From Actinomycetota bacterium (GTDB lineage: Bacteria > Actinomycetota > Acidimicrobiia > Spongiisociales > ZC4RG35), in contig JAYEGJ010000126.1 in the NCBI GenBank assembly GCA_034658975.1, forward strand, positions 1 to 57,436: 57,436 nucleotides of DNA. Direction: 5' to 3'. Each line of letters opens with the position of its first letter. The stretch's first letter is position 1. This document shows, piece after piece, positions 19,781 through 28,127 of this stretch. The notes beneath the pieces are model-generated. The model was given only the letters and a program-made list of their open reading frames with translations. It had not been told where the DNA came from and did no database searches. The translations under genes and the position numbers were made by a program.

Positions 19781-21390
19781 CAGACCAAATCCTCCAGTGC
19801 GCGGGTTCTACGGAAGCTGATTCCCGAAACAGTCGCCACCATCAGAAAGATCAGGACGGCGATCGCCGAGGCAAAGCCCCACTGAGCGCCGGAACCCGAT
19901 TCGAAGGCGAGTCGATAGGTGTAGCTGATGAGAATGTCGGTGTGACCGGCCGGAGTCACGGCGCCCTCGATCGGAGGACCTCCCCGGTTGAGGAGGTAGA
20001 TCACGTTGAAGTTGTTGAAGTTGAATGCGAACGAGGCAATCAGCAACGGAGCCACCGAGATCATCAGCATCGGGAAAGTGATCCGACGGAAAGCCTGGCG
20101 GGGAGTGGCTCCATCGACGTAGGAGGCCTCCTTGAGCTCGTCAGGAATACTCTGGAGCGCACCCGTGGAGACAAGAAACATGTACGGGAACCCGAGCCAC
20201 AGGTTGACCAGAAGCACAGAAGCCTTGGCGAGAGTCGGATCGCGAAGCCAGGCGATGTCGGCGTCGAGGATCCTGTTTATCACTCCGAACTCCTGGTTCA
20301 ACATGCCGGCCCAGACGAGAGCGGTCATGAAACTGGGCAGTGCATAGGGAATGACGAGGAGGGCGCGGTAGAGCTTCTGTCCGCGCATCGCCGGATGATT
20401 GAGGGCGATCGCGAGGCCTAGTCCCACGATAAAGGTGAGGACCACGGACGAGATGGCAAAGACGTAGTTCCATATCAGCACCCGCATGAATGGGCCGCGG
20501 ATGGCCTCGTTGGTGAAGGCTCTCGTGTAGTTGTCGAACCCGATGAAGATCTGCCACCCGGGATCTAGCGTGTTGCCTTCGGGATCGGTGAATCGTCCAT
20601 CTTTGGGCTCATAGACGACACCCGTGTCGCTGTCGGTTAGGAGTCCCGAGGACTCGTCGTATGTGTACAGAGCTGAGTAGACCGCTGCCGAAGTCAAAGT
20701 CGCGGCCTTGATCGCCCCTTCGTCCGTTGGGACCTCGAACTCGACGATCTCCGCCTGACGATCGGATACGTCCTTGATTCCGAGAGTGGCATAGGGATCG
20801 ACGGCGATGACCTTCCCATCGGCGTCGGTAGTCACTTCGTCGGGAGTGACGGGCTCGAGCCCTTCCGCGGTTCCGAGGAACTCGTTGCCAGTGTCGTCGA
20901 TCAGATAGAAGGCCAGGGCGCCACTGTCGTCCATGATTGTCAGCTCGAACCTGGTGGTCCCGGGAACATTGGAAACACGACCGGTGAGGTTGTCGATTGC
21001 CTGCTGCTCGGTGAGTCGATGGTCGACCGACGAGTTGGTCAGCGAAATGGACCCGGAGTAGAGAACCGGGACCATCTGGAAGGCCAGGGCGAAGATCGTC
21101 CCTGGGACCAGGTACTTCGCAGCCAATCGTTTCTTGGAGAGGTATGCCCAATCGATCAGCGCGGTGGCGAAGGCGGTGACGGCAAGGCCGGCCCACCACT
21201 CGTTCTCGACCATGGACGGCAGTCCGGCGAGGAACATCGCATTGATTGCGGCGAGAAGGAGGAGCTTGACAACCAAGCCCCAGGTGAATGAGAGACGTCG
21301 GGGGGATTCCTCCCCCCGACGTCCATCGTCAGGGGAGCCCGACAGATGGTCTACAGATACAGACCCTCCGTTTGGCTCCGTCTCGGTCAT
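19780..21390 (-). CDS. malF: Maltose/maltodextrin ABC transporter permease with large extracytoplasmic loop (MalF-type)
   Basis: 536 aa. Long loop between early TMs and EAA loop EASYVDGATPRQAFRRITFPML. Confidence 0.9.
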   Translation of the reverse strand: MTETEPNGGSVSVDHLSGSPDDGRRGEESPRRLSFTWGLVVKLLLLAAINAMFLAGLPSMVENEWWAGLAVTAFATALIDWAYLSKKRLAAKYLVPGTIFALAFQMVPVLYSGSISLTNSSVDHRLTEQQAIDNLTGRVSNVPGTTRFELTIMDDSGALAFYLIDDTGNEFLGTAEGLEPVTPDEVTTDADGKVIAVDPYATLGIKDVSDRQAEIVEFEVPTDEGAIKAATLTSAAVYSALYTYDESSGLLTDSDTGVVYEPKDGRFTDPEGNTLDPGWQIFIGFDNYTRAFTNEAIRGPFMRVLIWNYVFAISSVVLTFIVGLGLAIALNHPAMRGQKLYRALLVIPYALPSFMTALVWAGMLNQEFGVINRILDADIAWLRDPTLAKASVLLVNLWLGFPYMFLVSTGALQSIPDELKEASYVDGATPRQAFRRITFPMLMISVAPLLIASFAFNFNNFNVIYLLNRGGPPIEGAVTPAGHTDILISYTYRLAFESGSGAQWGFASAIAVLIFLMVATVSGISFRRTRALEDLV

Positions 21391-21397
21391 TTGTCGA

Positions 21398-22753
21398 TCA
21401 GCCCTCGGCGATCGTGGCGCGGATCTGCTCCGCAGCGTTGGTGAACGCCTCCACAGGATCGCTGCCGGTGAAGATCAATTCGTAAGCGTCGGTCCACGCC
21501 TGCCAAACAGCACCCATCTGAGGGATGGCGGGCATCGGGTATCCGTTCTGACCGGCCTCACCGAAACCCTTGATGTTGGGGTCGGCGGCCGCAACGACGT
21601 CAAAGGCCGCGGTGTGGGCAGGTGGACGACCACCGGCACCGAAGAGGGCTTCCTGCGCCTCCTGGGTAGCCATGTAGTCGATCACGAAGGTCGAAGCGAT
21701 CAGTGGGTTCTCGGCGAACTGAGAAACCATGAAGCCCTGTACGCCAATGAACGGCTGGGGCTCGCCGCCGCCAACCGACGGTATGGCCTCGACGACATAG
21801 TTGACGCCTGCCTCATCGAATGAACCAAGGGCCCACGGGCCGGTGATTGCAAACGGAGCAGCACCCGTGCTGAACGACTCGATCATCACGTCATAAAGAG
21901 TATCGATGCTGATCACGCCCTGATCCGACAACTCACCGAAGTAGACGGCGGCAGCAAGGCCACCCTCACTGTCGATACCGATGTCATCGGGGTTGTAGCT
22001 GCCGTCGGCGTTGAGACCGAAGACATAGCCACCGAGGGAGGTGACGATCGGGTAGTTGTGGAATGGGTCGCCGTTGCCGTTCTCCTGCAATGCGAGGGGA
22101 AGGGTGATGGTGCCATCGGTCTGGAGCGCCAGAGCTGTATCGACCATGTCCTCGAACGTGGCCGGGCTGTCCGGAACCAGGTCCACGTTGCGAATGAGAG
22201 CGATGTTCTCAATGGCATATGGCAGACCGTAGATCTGACCCTCATAGTTGAAGGCGGAAACCGCTGCAGTTGCGAAGTCGCCTTCAACAGCAGCGATGTC
22301 GAGCGGCGCAACGACGCCGGCAGCGACAAGGCCGCCAAGCCAGTCGTGGGCACCGATGATCACATCGGGTCCCTCACCGGCGGGAGCAGCCGTGATCAGA
22401 CGATCGCGAATGTCTCCGAATCCAAGTTCCTGGACCGCGACGGTGATGCCCTGGGCGGCAGCAAAGTCGTCGGCAAAGGCCTGGATGACCGGAGCCCGTG
22501 TGTCGTCGGCCCAGATCACCAGGTCGGCGTCGGCACGAACGATTGCTTCGGTGGTTGTAGTGGTGTCTTCTCCAGCCGCCGTGGTCTCTGTGACCTCGGC
22601 TTCGGTGGTTGTGGTCGCTGCGGGAGCTTCCGTCGTAACGGTCGCCTCGCCCTCCGTCGTGGTGGTGTCACCAGCATCGGAAGGACTGCAAGCAGCGAGA
22701 ACCATGGCCAGGGCTGCAAGCAGCGCAAGCCATACGGTTCGCTTAGATCTCAA
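21398..22753 (-). CDS. malE: Maltose/maltodextrin-binding lipoprotein (MalE-type SBP)
   Basis: 451 aa. Lipobox LAAC, a T/E-rich linker, then an SBP family-1 core. Confidence 0.9.
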   Translation of the reverse strand: MRSKRTVWLALLAALAMVLAACSPSDAGDTTTTEGEATVTTEAPAATTTTEAEVTETTAAGEDTTTTTEAIVRADADLVIWADDTRAPVIQAFADDFAAAQGITVAVQELGFGDIRDRLITAAPAGEGPDVIIGAHDWLGGLVAAGVVAPLDIAAVEGDFATAAVSAFNYEGQIYGLPYAIENIALIRNVDLVPDSPATFEDMVDTALALQTDGTITLPLALQENGNGDPFHNYPIVTSLGGYVFGLNADGSYNPDDIGIDSEGGLAAAVYFGELSDQGVISIDTLYDVMIESFSTGAAPFAITGPWALGSFDEAGVNYVVEAIPSVGGGEPQPFIGVQGFMVSQFAENPLIASTFVIDYMATQEAQEALFGAGGRPPAHTAAFDVVAAADPNIKGFGEAGQNGYPMPAIPQMGAVWQAWTDAYELIFTGSDPVEAFTNAAEQIRATIAEG

Positions 22754-22922
22754 TTGGATCCTCCTGTTGGAAAGGGTAAAAGGCCCGTCGGCTCAGAGAC
22801 GCCCGAAGGCGACTCGTCGAGTCCCGTAGGCCTCGACAGGCCATATCGTGCAATAGATACCGCAGATGCCTCAGCATCCCCAGGGTCTTTGGTCACACGA
22901 TTCTGGTCCATCTCGGGGGGAA

Positions 22923-22936
22923 TGTAACCGTTTACA
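22923..22936. promoter_or_regulatory. LacI/GalR-type operator candidate 1 (TGTAACCGTTTACA)
   Basis: Matches the generic family palindrome TGNAANCGNTTNCA. It lies about 170 nt upstream of malE in the malE/yjbQ divergent intergenic region. Confidence 0.45.
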
Positions 22937-22945
22937 TCAGAACCA

Positions 22946-22959
22946 TGCAAACGGTTACA
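22946..22959. promoter_or_regulatory. LacI/GalR-type operator candidate 2 (TGCAAACGGTTACA)
   Basis: Second match to TGNAANCGNTTNCA, 9 nt from site 1. It is nearly the reverse complement of site 1. Confidence 0.45.
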
Positions 22960-23020
22960 TCGACGCACGTCGATGGACAGACGGGGAGACCGTTCGCAAT
23001 GGCGCGGTACGCTCGGCCAC

Positions 23021-23428
23021 ATGAAGACGGAACAGCTCACCGTGACCACCGGAGGCCGGGCGACGACCCTCGACATCACTGCCGAAGTTGCTCGCTTCTG
23101 CGCCGACGAAGGCGACGGGCTCGTCTCGGTCTTCATCCCCCATGCCACCGCCGGTGTCGCCATATTCGAAACCGGAGCGGGAAGCGATCACGATGTCCTG
23201 ATGGCCATCGATCGGCTGCTGCCCGCTGAACCGGGTCGATGGCGACATGAGCACGGAACACCGGGGCATGGACGTGACCATGTTCTCCCGGCGTTCATCT
23301 CGCCATCGATCACGATCCCGGTGGAGGCTGGCCGGATGGCCCTCGGCACGTGGCAGTCGCTCGTCCTCGTCGACACCAACGTCGACAACCCGGTGCGGAC
23401 CATCCGGCTGTCCTTCATCGCCGGCTGA
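23021..23428 (+). CDS. YjbQ/UPF0047 family protein (secondary thiamine-phosphate synthase type)
   Basis: Trimmed to MKTEQLTV.... IPHATAGVAIFE ... GHGRDHVLPAF ... LGTWQSLVLVD are typical of UPF0047. Confidence 0.85.
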   Translation: MKTEQLTVTTGGRATTLDITAEVARFCADEGDGLVSVFIPHATAGVAIFETGAGSDHDVLMAIDRLLPAEPGRWRHEHGTPGHGRDHVLPAFISPSITIPVEAGRMALGTWQSLVLVDTNVDNPVRTIRLSFIAG

Positions 23429-23547
23429 GGCCCACCTAGTTCGCGTTCCTAATGCTGTGCGTTCGGTATACCGAATCTACGCCGCGCAGAAGCCGAGGAG
23501 GCCCCCATTGAGGTCTGTGGAAAACTCGATAACCTGATAGGTCTGCC

Positions 23548-24516
23548 ATGAGTAGACAACTCTTCCCCCAGAACGTCATCGCGATGATCTGGGACTTCGA
23601 CAAAACGTTGATCCCCGGGAACATGCAGGGACCGCTCTTCCGTCATTTCGGGATTGACGAGACCGAGTTCTGGAGAGAGGTAGACGGCCTCGAGCAGTTC
23701 TACCAAAACCAGGGGTCCACCCTGGTTCAGCGCGATCACCTCTACCTCAACCACATCCTGACCTACGTCCGGGAGGGCCGGATGCCGGGACTGGACAACG
23801 CCCTGTTGAAGACACTCGGCGCAGAGATCGACTTCTACACCGGCATGCCCGACTTCCTCGAGTTGGTGCGCAAGACGGTGGAGTCCGAGCCCAAGTTCGC
23901 CGAGCATCAGATTCAGGTGGAGCACTACGTGGTGTCGACCGGGCTTCGGCAGATGATCCTCGGCTCGGTCATCGCCCCCCAGGTCGAGCACGTCTGGGCA
24001 TGCGAGTTCACCGAGGTCGTGGCACCGCCCGATTACCAGAGCCACCAGGGTCAGCTATTTGCACCCGATGGTGAGATACGCCAGTTGGTCTACACCATCG
24101 ACAACACCTCGAAGACGCGCGCCCTCTTCGAGATCAACAAGGGAACCAACAAGAACAGCACGATCGATGTGAACGCCAAGATCGCACATGCCGATCGCCG
24201 CGTCCCGTTCCAGAACATGATCTACATCGCCGACGGACCGTCGGATGTCCCGGTCTTCTCGGTCGTCGAGGCCAACGGAGGGCGGACCTACGCCGTCTAC
24301 CGCCCCGGATCTCACGGGGAGTTCGACCAGGCCGCCCGATTGCTCGAACAGGACAGGGTCGACGCCTTCGGCGAGGCCGACTACTCCGACGGGTCCCACA
24401 CGGCGATGTGGCTCAACCATGCTGCCCACACGATCGCCAATCGAATCGTGAGAGATCGCGAAGAGACGCTCAACGAACGGATGGGCTTGCCCCCTCGGCA
24501 CGTACCCGAGGAGTGA
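23548..24516 (+). CDS. HAD-superfamily hydrolase-like protein
   Basis: 322 aa. Motif I IWDFDKTL and motif IV YIADGPSDVP. Specific function unknown. Confidence 0.6.
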   Translation: MSRQLFPQNVIAMIWDFDKTLIPGNMQGPLFRHFGIDETEFWREVDGLEQFYQNQGSTLVQRDHLYLNHILTYVREGRMPGLDNALLKTLGAEIDFYTGMPDFLELVRKTVESEPKFAEHQIQVEHYVVSTGLRQMILGSVIAPQVEHVWACEFTEVVAPPDYQSHQGQLFAPDGEIRQLVYTIDNTSKTRALFEINKGTNKNSTIDVNAKIAHADRRVPFQNMIYIADGPSDVPVFSVVEANGGRTYAVYRPGSHGEFDQAARLLEQDRVDAFGEADYSDGSHTAMWLNHAAHTIANRIVRDREETLNERMGLPPRHVPEE

Positions 24517-24540
24517 TCCGAGAGCGCACGCAAGCAATAT

Positions 24541-24570
24541 GAAAGGGCGGTCCCGAAGGACCGCCCTTTC
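24541..24570. terminator. Bidirectional hairpin terminator between convergent genes
   Basis: Perfect 13-bp stem gaaagggcggtcc / ggaccgccctttc with loop cgaa. Confidence 0.6.
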
Positions 24571-24595
24571 CGCTCCCAATGGGTTAGGAGCAGCC

Positions 24596-25450
24596 TTACT
24601 TGTCGCCGGCACCCTCATCGTGAGTCTTCTCTTCACAGATGCGGGTGAATGAGTAGACCTCGCGATGACCCTGGTCCGTCTCGAGGACCACATCGAAGGT
24701 CTCGCCGCACGGGGCCTCGGGGAACTCAACCTTGAGCCACCACTCGCCGGACTCACCGATCACGGTGCTTCCCGACCCGAACTTCGACTCGATCCAGATC
24801 TTCGTTCCGGGATCGCCCATGCCGTACCACTTGTCGTAGGGGACTTCCTCGCCACACGACCCGTACTTCTGAGTGGCCGAAAACTCGTAATCCTTGGGCT
24901 CTTCCTTCGGCTCTTCCTTGGGCTCGTCGGGAGCGTCGTAGTACGCCTTCACCGAAGCGGTCGACTTGTTGCCGGCTTCGTCCACTGCATCGAAGGCCGC
25001 CAGGTTGCCACCGTCATGGGTGAGGATCAGAACGATGCGCCAGTTGCCTTCGCCGTCGACGTCAGCTTCGTAGTCGCCGGCAAACACGCGAGCACCGGGC
25101 TCGGTCTTGCCTTCGAACGCAACCTTCTTCTCATCGAAATGCTGACCGTCCTCGGGGAAGAGAATGACGATGTCTGGAGGAGTCGTGTCCTTCTCCTCGA
25201 CCTCTTCTTCGGGCTCATCCTTCGGCTCATCATCGAGATCGCCCGAATGATCATCCTTGATCGGTTCCTCTTTCACCGCTTGGGTGGTCGGAGGCTGTTC
25301 CTTCTCCACAATGGAGGTGGTTGTCGCGGGCACTCTGATCGCTACCGGCTCACCGGCGGTGTCGTCGCCAGGTGTGGCCATAAAGGCAACGGCCGCACCG
25401 GCAACCAGGACGAGCGCAAAGGCCGCAACGAAGACCAACGCCTTCTTCAT
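24596..25450 (-). CDS. Membrane-anchored acidic protein with Ig-like region (hypothetical)
   Basis: Trimmed to MKKALVF..., preceded by GAGGGAG. N-terminal TM/signal anchor, E/P/K-rich spacers and a beta-rich region (DIVILFPEDGQHF...GNWRIVL). The C-terminal domain has 4 Cys. Confidence 0.6.
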   Translation of the reverse strand: MKKALVFVAAFALVLVAGAAVAFMATPGDDTAGEPVAIRVPATTTSIVEKEQPPTTQAVKEEPIKDDHSGDLDDEPKDEPEEEVEEKDTTPPDIVILFPEDGQHFDEKKVAFEGKTEPGARVFAGDYEADVDGEGNWRIVLILTHDGGNLAAFDAVDEAGNKSTASVKAYYDAPDEPKEEPKEEPKDYEFSATQKYGSCGEEVPYDKWYGMGDPGTKIWIESKFGSGSTVIGESGEWWLKVEFPEAPCGETFDVVLETDQGHREVYSFTRICEEKTHDEGAGDK

Positions 25451-25541
25451 GCCTAACTCCCTCAAGTCACGCACTCCCAGCGCGCCACCGCGGCATCATT
25501 ATCCACTCTGGTGAGCCAGCCGCACATGGGCTATTCGGCCT

Positions 25542-26492
25542 ATGAGAGCGATATCCACCGCAATACGGCCGACTCCTCCGATAATCGGCGACGTGGAATG
25601 GCTAACTGAGACCTTCGGCGTATCTGAATCGACGTTCAAACCGGTGCTCTACACGGTCGGAACGTTCGTCATCATCCTCATCGGCAGGGCCCTGGTCCTC
25701 CGAATAGTCACCGCGCCGGGGCTCGGTGATCCCGAATCCCATTACCGGGCAAGGAAGGTCGTCAACTACACGGCCACCATCGTCTTCCTCATCACTCTGG
25801 CCTTCATCTGGATTGATGCATTCCAGAATCTGCCCACTTATCTGGGGTTGGTCTCGGCCGGTATCGCCATTGCCCTCGCCGACGTTCTCAAGAACATGGC
25901 GGGCTGGGCGTTCATCCTGACTCGCCGTCCCTTCCAGGTCGGTGATCGTGTCGAGGTCAAAGGACTCAAAGGAGACGTCGTCGACGTTCGCCTCTTCCGG
26001 TTCACCCTCATGGAGGTCGAAGGTTGGGTCGACGCCGAGCAATCCACCGGAAGGCTGGTCCACGTTCCCAACGGGTTCGTGTTCAACAACGCGGTGCACA
26101 ACTACACCGAGGGCTTCGCCTTCATCTGGGACGAGTTGCCGGTTCTGGTCACCTTCGAGTCGAATTGGAGGAAGGCCGAGGAACTGATTCGTGAGGTCCT
26201 GAGCGACGCTGCCCCTGATGTTGAAAGCGCCGCCGGAAGCCGGATCAGGGAGACAGCCCGCACGTATTCGATCAGGGTTGGTGCTCTCACACCGACCGTT
26301 TACGTCTCTGTGCGTGACAGCGGTGTCCTGCTCACCGCTCGCTATCTGGTGGAGACCCGGACCCGACGGGGACGCGCCGACCGCATCTGGCGCGGGATTC
26401 TCGATTCGTTCGACGCCGAGCCGACGGTGGCCCTGGCCTACCCGACGATCCGGACACACCTGGCCGACATCGTTCACCTTCGGCAGGATTGA
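25542..26492 (+). CDS. Small-conductance mechanosensitive channel family protein (MscS-like)
   Basis: 316 aa. TM helices then FQVGDRVEVKGLKGDVVDVRLFRFTL...HVPNGFVFNN. Confidence 0.8.
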   Translation: MRAISTAIRPTPPIIGDVEWLTETFGVSESTFKPVLYTVGTFVIILIGRALVLRIVTAPGLGDPESHYRARKVVNYTATIVFLITLAFIWIDAFQNLPTYLGLVSAGIAIALADVLKNMAGWAFILTRRPFQVGDRVEVKGLKGDVVDVRLFRFTLMEVEGWVDAEQSTGRLVHVPNGFVFNNAVHNYTEGFAFIWDELPVLVTFESNWRKAEELIREVLSDAAPDVESAAGSRIRETARTYSIRVGALTPTVYVSVRDSGVLLTARYLVETRTRRGRADRIWRGILDSFDAEPTVALAYPTIRTHLADIVHLRQD

Positions 26493-27259
26493 TGTCAGAT
26501 CTCGTCGCCGACGCTGTTGATGTCCTCAGGCCGGCCGAACAGATCCTCGTATTCAGTGGCGCCGGACTCAGCACCGAATCGGGGATCCCGGACTTTCGGG
26601 GGCCTGACGGCCTGTGGACCAAGGTCGATCCCGACGACTTCACCATCGAACGCTACCGGCACAAGCGCGACCTCCGTGTTCAAGGCTGGAAGATGCACAT
26701 CGCCGGTGAGCTGTGGGGAGCCCGCTCCACGGTGCAGCCAAACAAGGGCCACATGGCGATCAAGGCGCTGCGCGATCGGGGCCGCCTGGCCGGCGTCGTG
26801 ACCCAGAATATCGACGGCCTCCACCATCAGTCAGGACTGGAGGACGACTTCGTCGCCGAACTTCACGGCAACGTGCGCAACGCCCATTGCATGTCGTGCG
26901 ATGGCACGTGGCCGACCGAATCCGTCCTCGAGTGGGTTGAGGCCGGCGAGGAGGATCCGGCCTGCCCGCGCTGCGGAGGCCTCGTGAAGACGGACACGAT
27001 CATGTATGGCGAGGTCCTCCCCGACGAGGAAGTTCGCAAGGCGGGCATCTTCCTGGCCATTGCCGAAGCCGTGCTCGTCGTGGGGTCAACGGTCTCGGTG
27101 TGGCCTGCCGCCGACTTCGTGATCCGTGCCGCCAACCAGGCCAAGCCGATAGTCGTGATCAACCGGGGACCGACCGAGGTCGATCACATCGCGGCCGTCA
27201 AGATCGATGCGGGGATAGGCGACACCCTCCCGGGACTCGTCGAGGCGTTGCTGACTTAG
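26489..27259 (+). CDS. cobB: NAD-dependent protein deacylase (Sir2 family)
   Basis: GAGLSTESGIPDFRGPDGLW, QNIDGLH, and a Zn ribbon CMSC...CPRC. Confidence 0.9.
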   Translation: MMSDLVADAVDVLRPAEQILVFSGAGLSTESGIPDFRGPDGLWTKVDPDDFTIERYRHKRDLRVQGWKMHIAGELWGARSTVQPNKGHMAIKALRDRGRLAGVVTQNIDGLHHQSGLEDDFVAELHGNVRNAHCMSCDGTWPTESVLEWVEAGEEDPACPRCGGLVKTDTIMYGEVLPDEEVRKAGIFLAIAEAVLVVGSTVSVWPAADFVIRAANQAKPIVVINRGPTEVDHIAAVKIDAGIGDTLPGLVEALLT

Positions 27260-27417
27260 TGTCCCGAGTCGCAACTCATGCACAGAATCTCGACTGGCCT
27301 CGACGCCCCTGACGGCGTCCTCCGCCTCGACGCAGCTACGGCTGCGCCTTCGTTGTGCGTCCTTGTCAGGAACGCCTATGCCTGGCCGAGATCAGCACGG
27401 ACCTACGACCCGGGACA

Positions 27418-28020
27418 CTAGGAACCGACCCCGAAGAACTGATCGAGCCTCTGGGCGAGTTGGCCTGCCGTCAATCTGCCGAGGGTCACGTCGACCACCA
27501 CCCCATCGGCGTCATAGATGACCGTGGTGGGCGAGCCGCGGGCGCCGAAGTTGGTTGCCAACTGGCGACCGTCGATGCCTCCGACGTCGCGGGCCAGTGG
27601 CCAGTCGCCGATTCCCAACCGATGGGCGAAGGGAAGACCTGAGCCGTTGTTCATCGTGTTGATGCCTACGAAATCGACATCTTCACCCAGCCGCAATGAC
27701 AGTTCGGCGAACCCGGGCAACTCCTGCCGACAGACCTCACACCAGGAGGCGAAGAACGCAGCAACAGTTGGCTTGCCTGAGAACTGGTCGAGCGTCACTC
27801 TGGTTTCGCCGCCGTCCAAGGCGGGAAGATCCCAGGCATCGGTTTCCGTCGTGCCGACCGCCGTCTCGCTCGAGCTGAAGGCGAACACGAAAACGACCGC
27901 GATCAACACGACACCGACCCCGATGACGGCTCTGGTCATCAGCTGCTTGCGTCGTGCTATCCGACGGCGTTCTTCGGCGCGCGCCCGCTTCGAGCTCCGC
28001 TTTGACTTGGTTGTCGACAT
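27418..28020 (-). CDS. TlpA/ResA-like thiol:disulfide oxidoreductase (membrane-anchored thioredoxin fold)
   Basis: Trimmed to MSTTKSKRS.... One TM helix and the motif FFASWCEVC. Confidence 0.8.
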   Translation of the reverse strand: MSTTKSKRSSKRARAEERRRIARRKQLMTRAVIGVGVVLIAVVFVFAFSSSETAVGTTETDAWDLPALDGGETRVTLDQFSGKPTVAAFFASWCEVCRQELPGFAELSLRLGEDVDFVGINTMNNGSGLPFAHRLGIGDWPLARDVGGIDGRQLATNFGARGSPTTVIYDADGVVVDVTLGRLTAGQLAQRLDQFFGVGS

Positions 28021-28127
28021 CCTCTGAGGTTGAACCAGCTTCGGCGACGTTGCATCACACAATGTCGCAAATCCGACATTCGAGGTTGGCGGAATCACAC
28101 GCTTTTCCCGCCGGTACCATCGAAGGC

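Noticed and set aside
27257-27420. 10-bp inverted repeat tagtgtcccg / cgggacacta that includes the stop codons of the convergent Sir2 and TlpA genes
   Set aside because: It is short and the arms are about 145 nt apart. It is plausibly chance in high-GC DNA, and no hairpin of terminator dimensions is formed.
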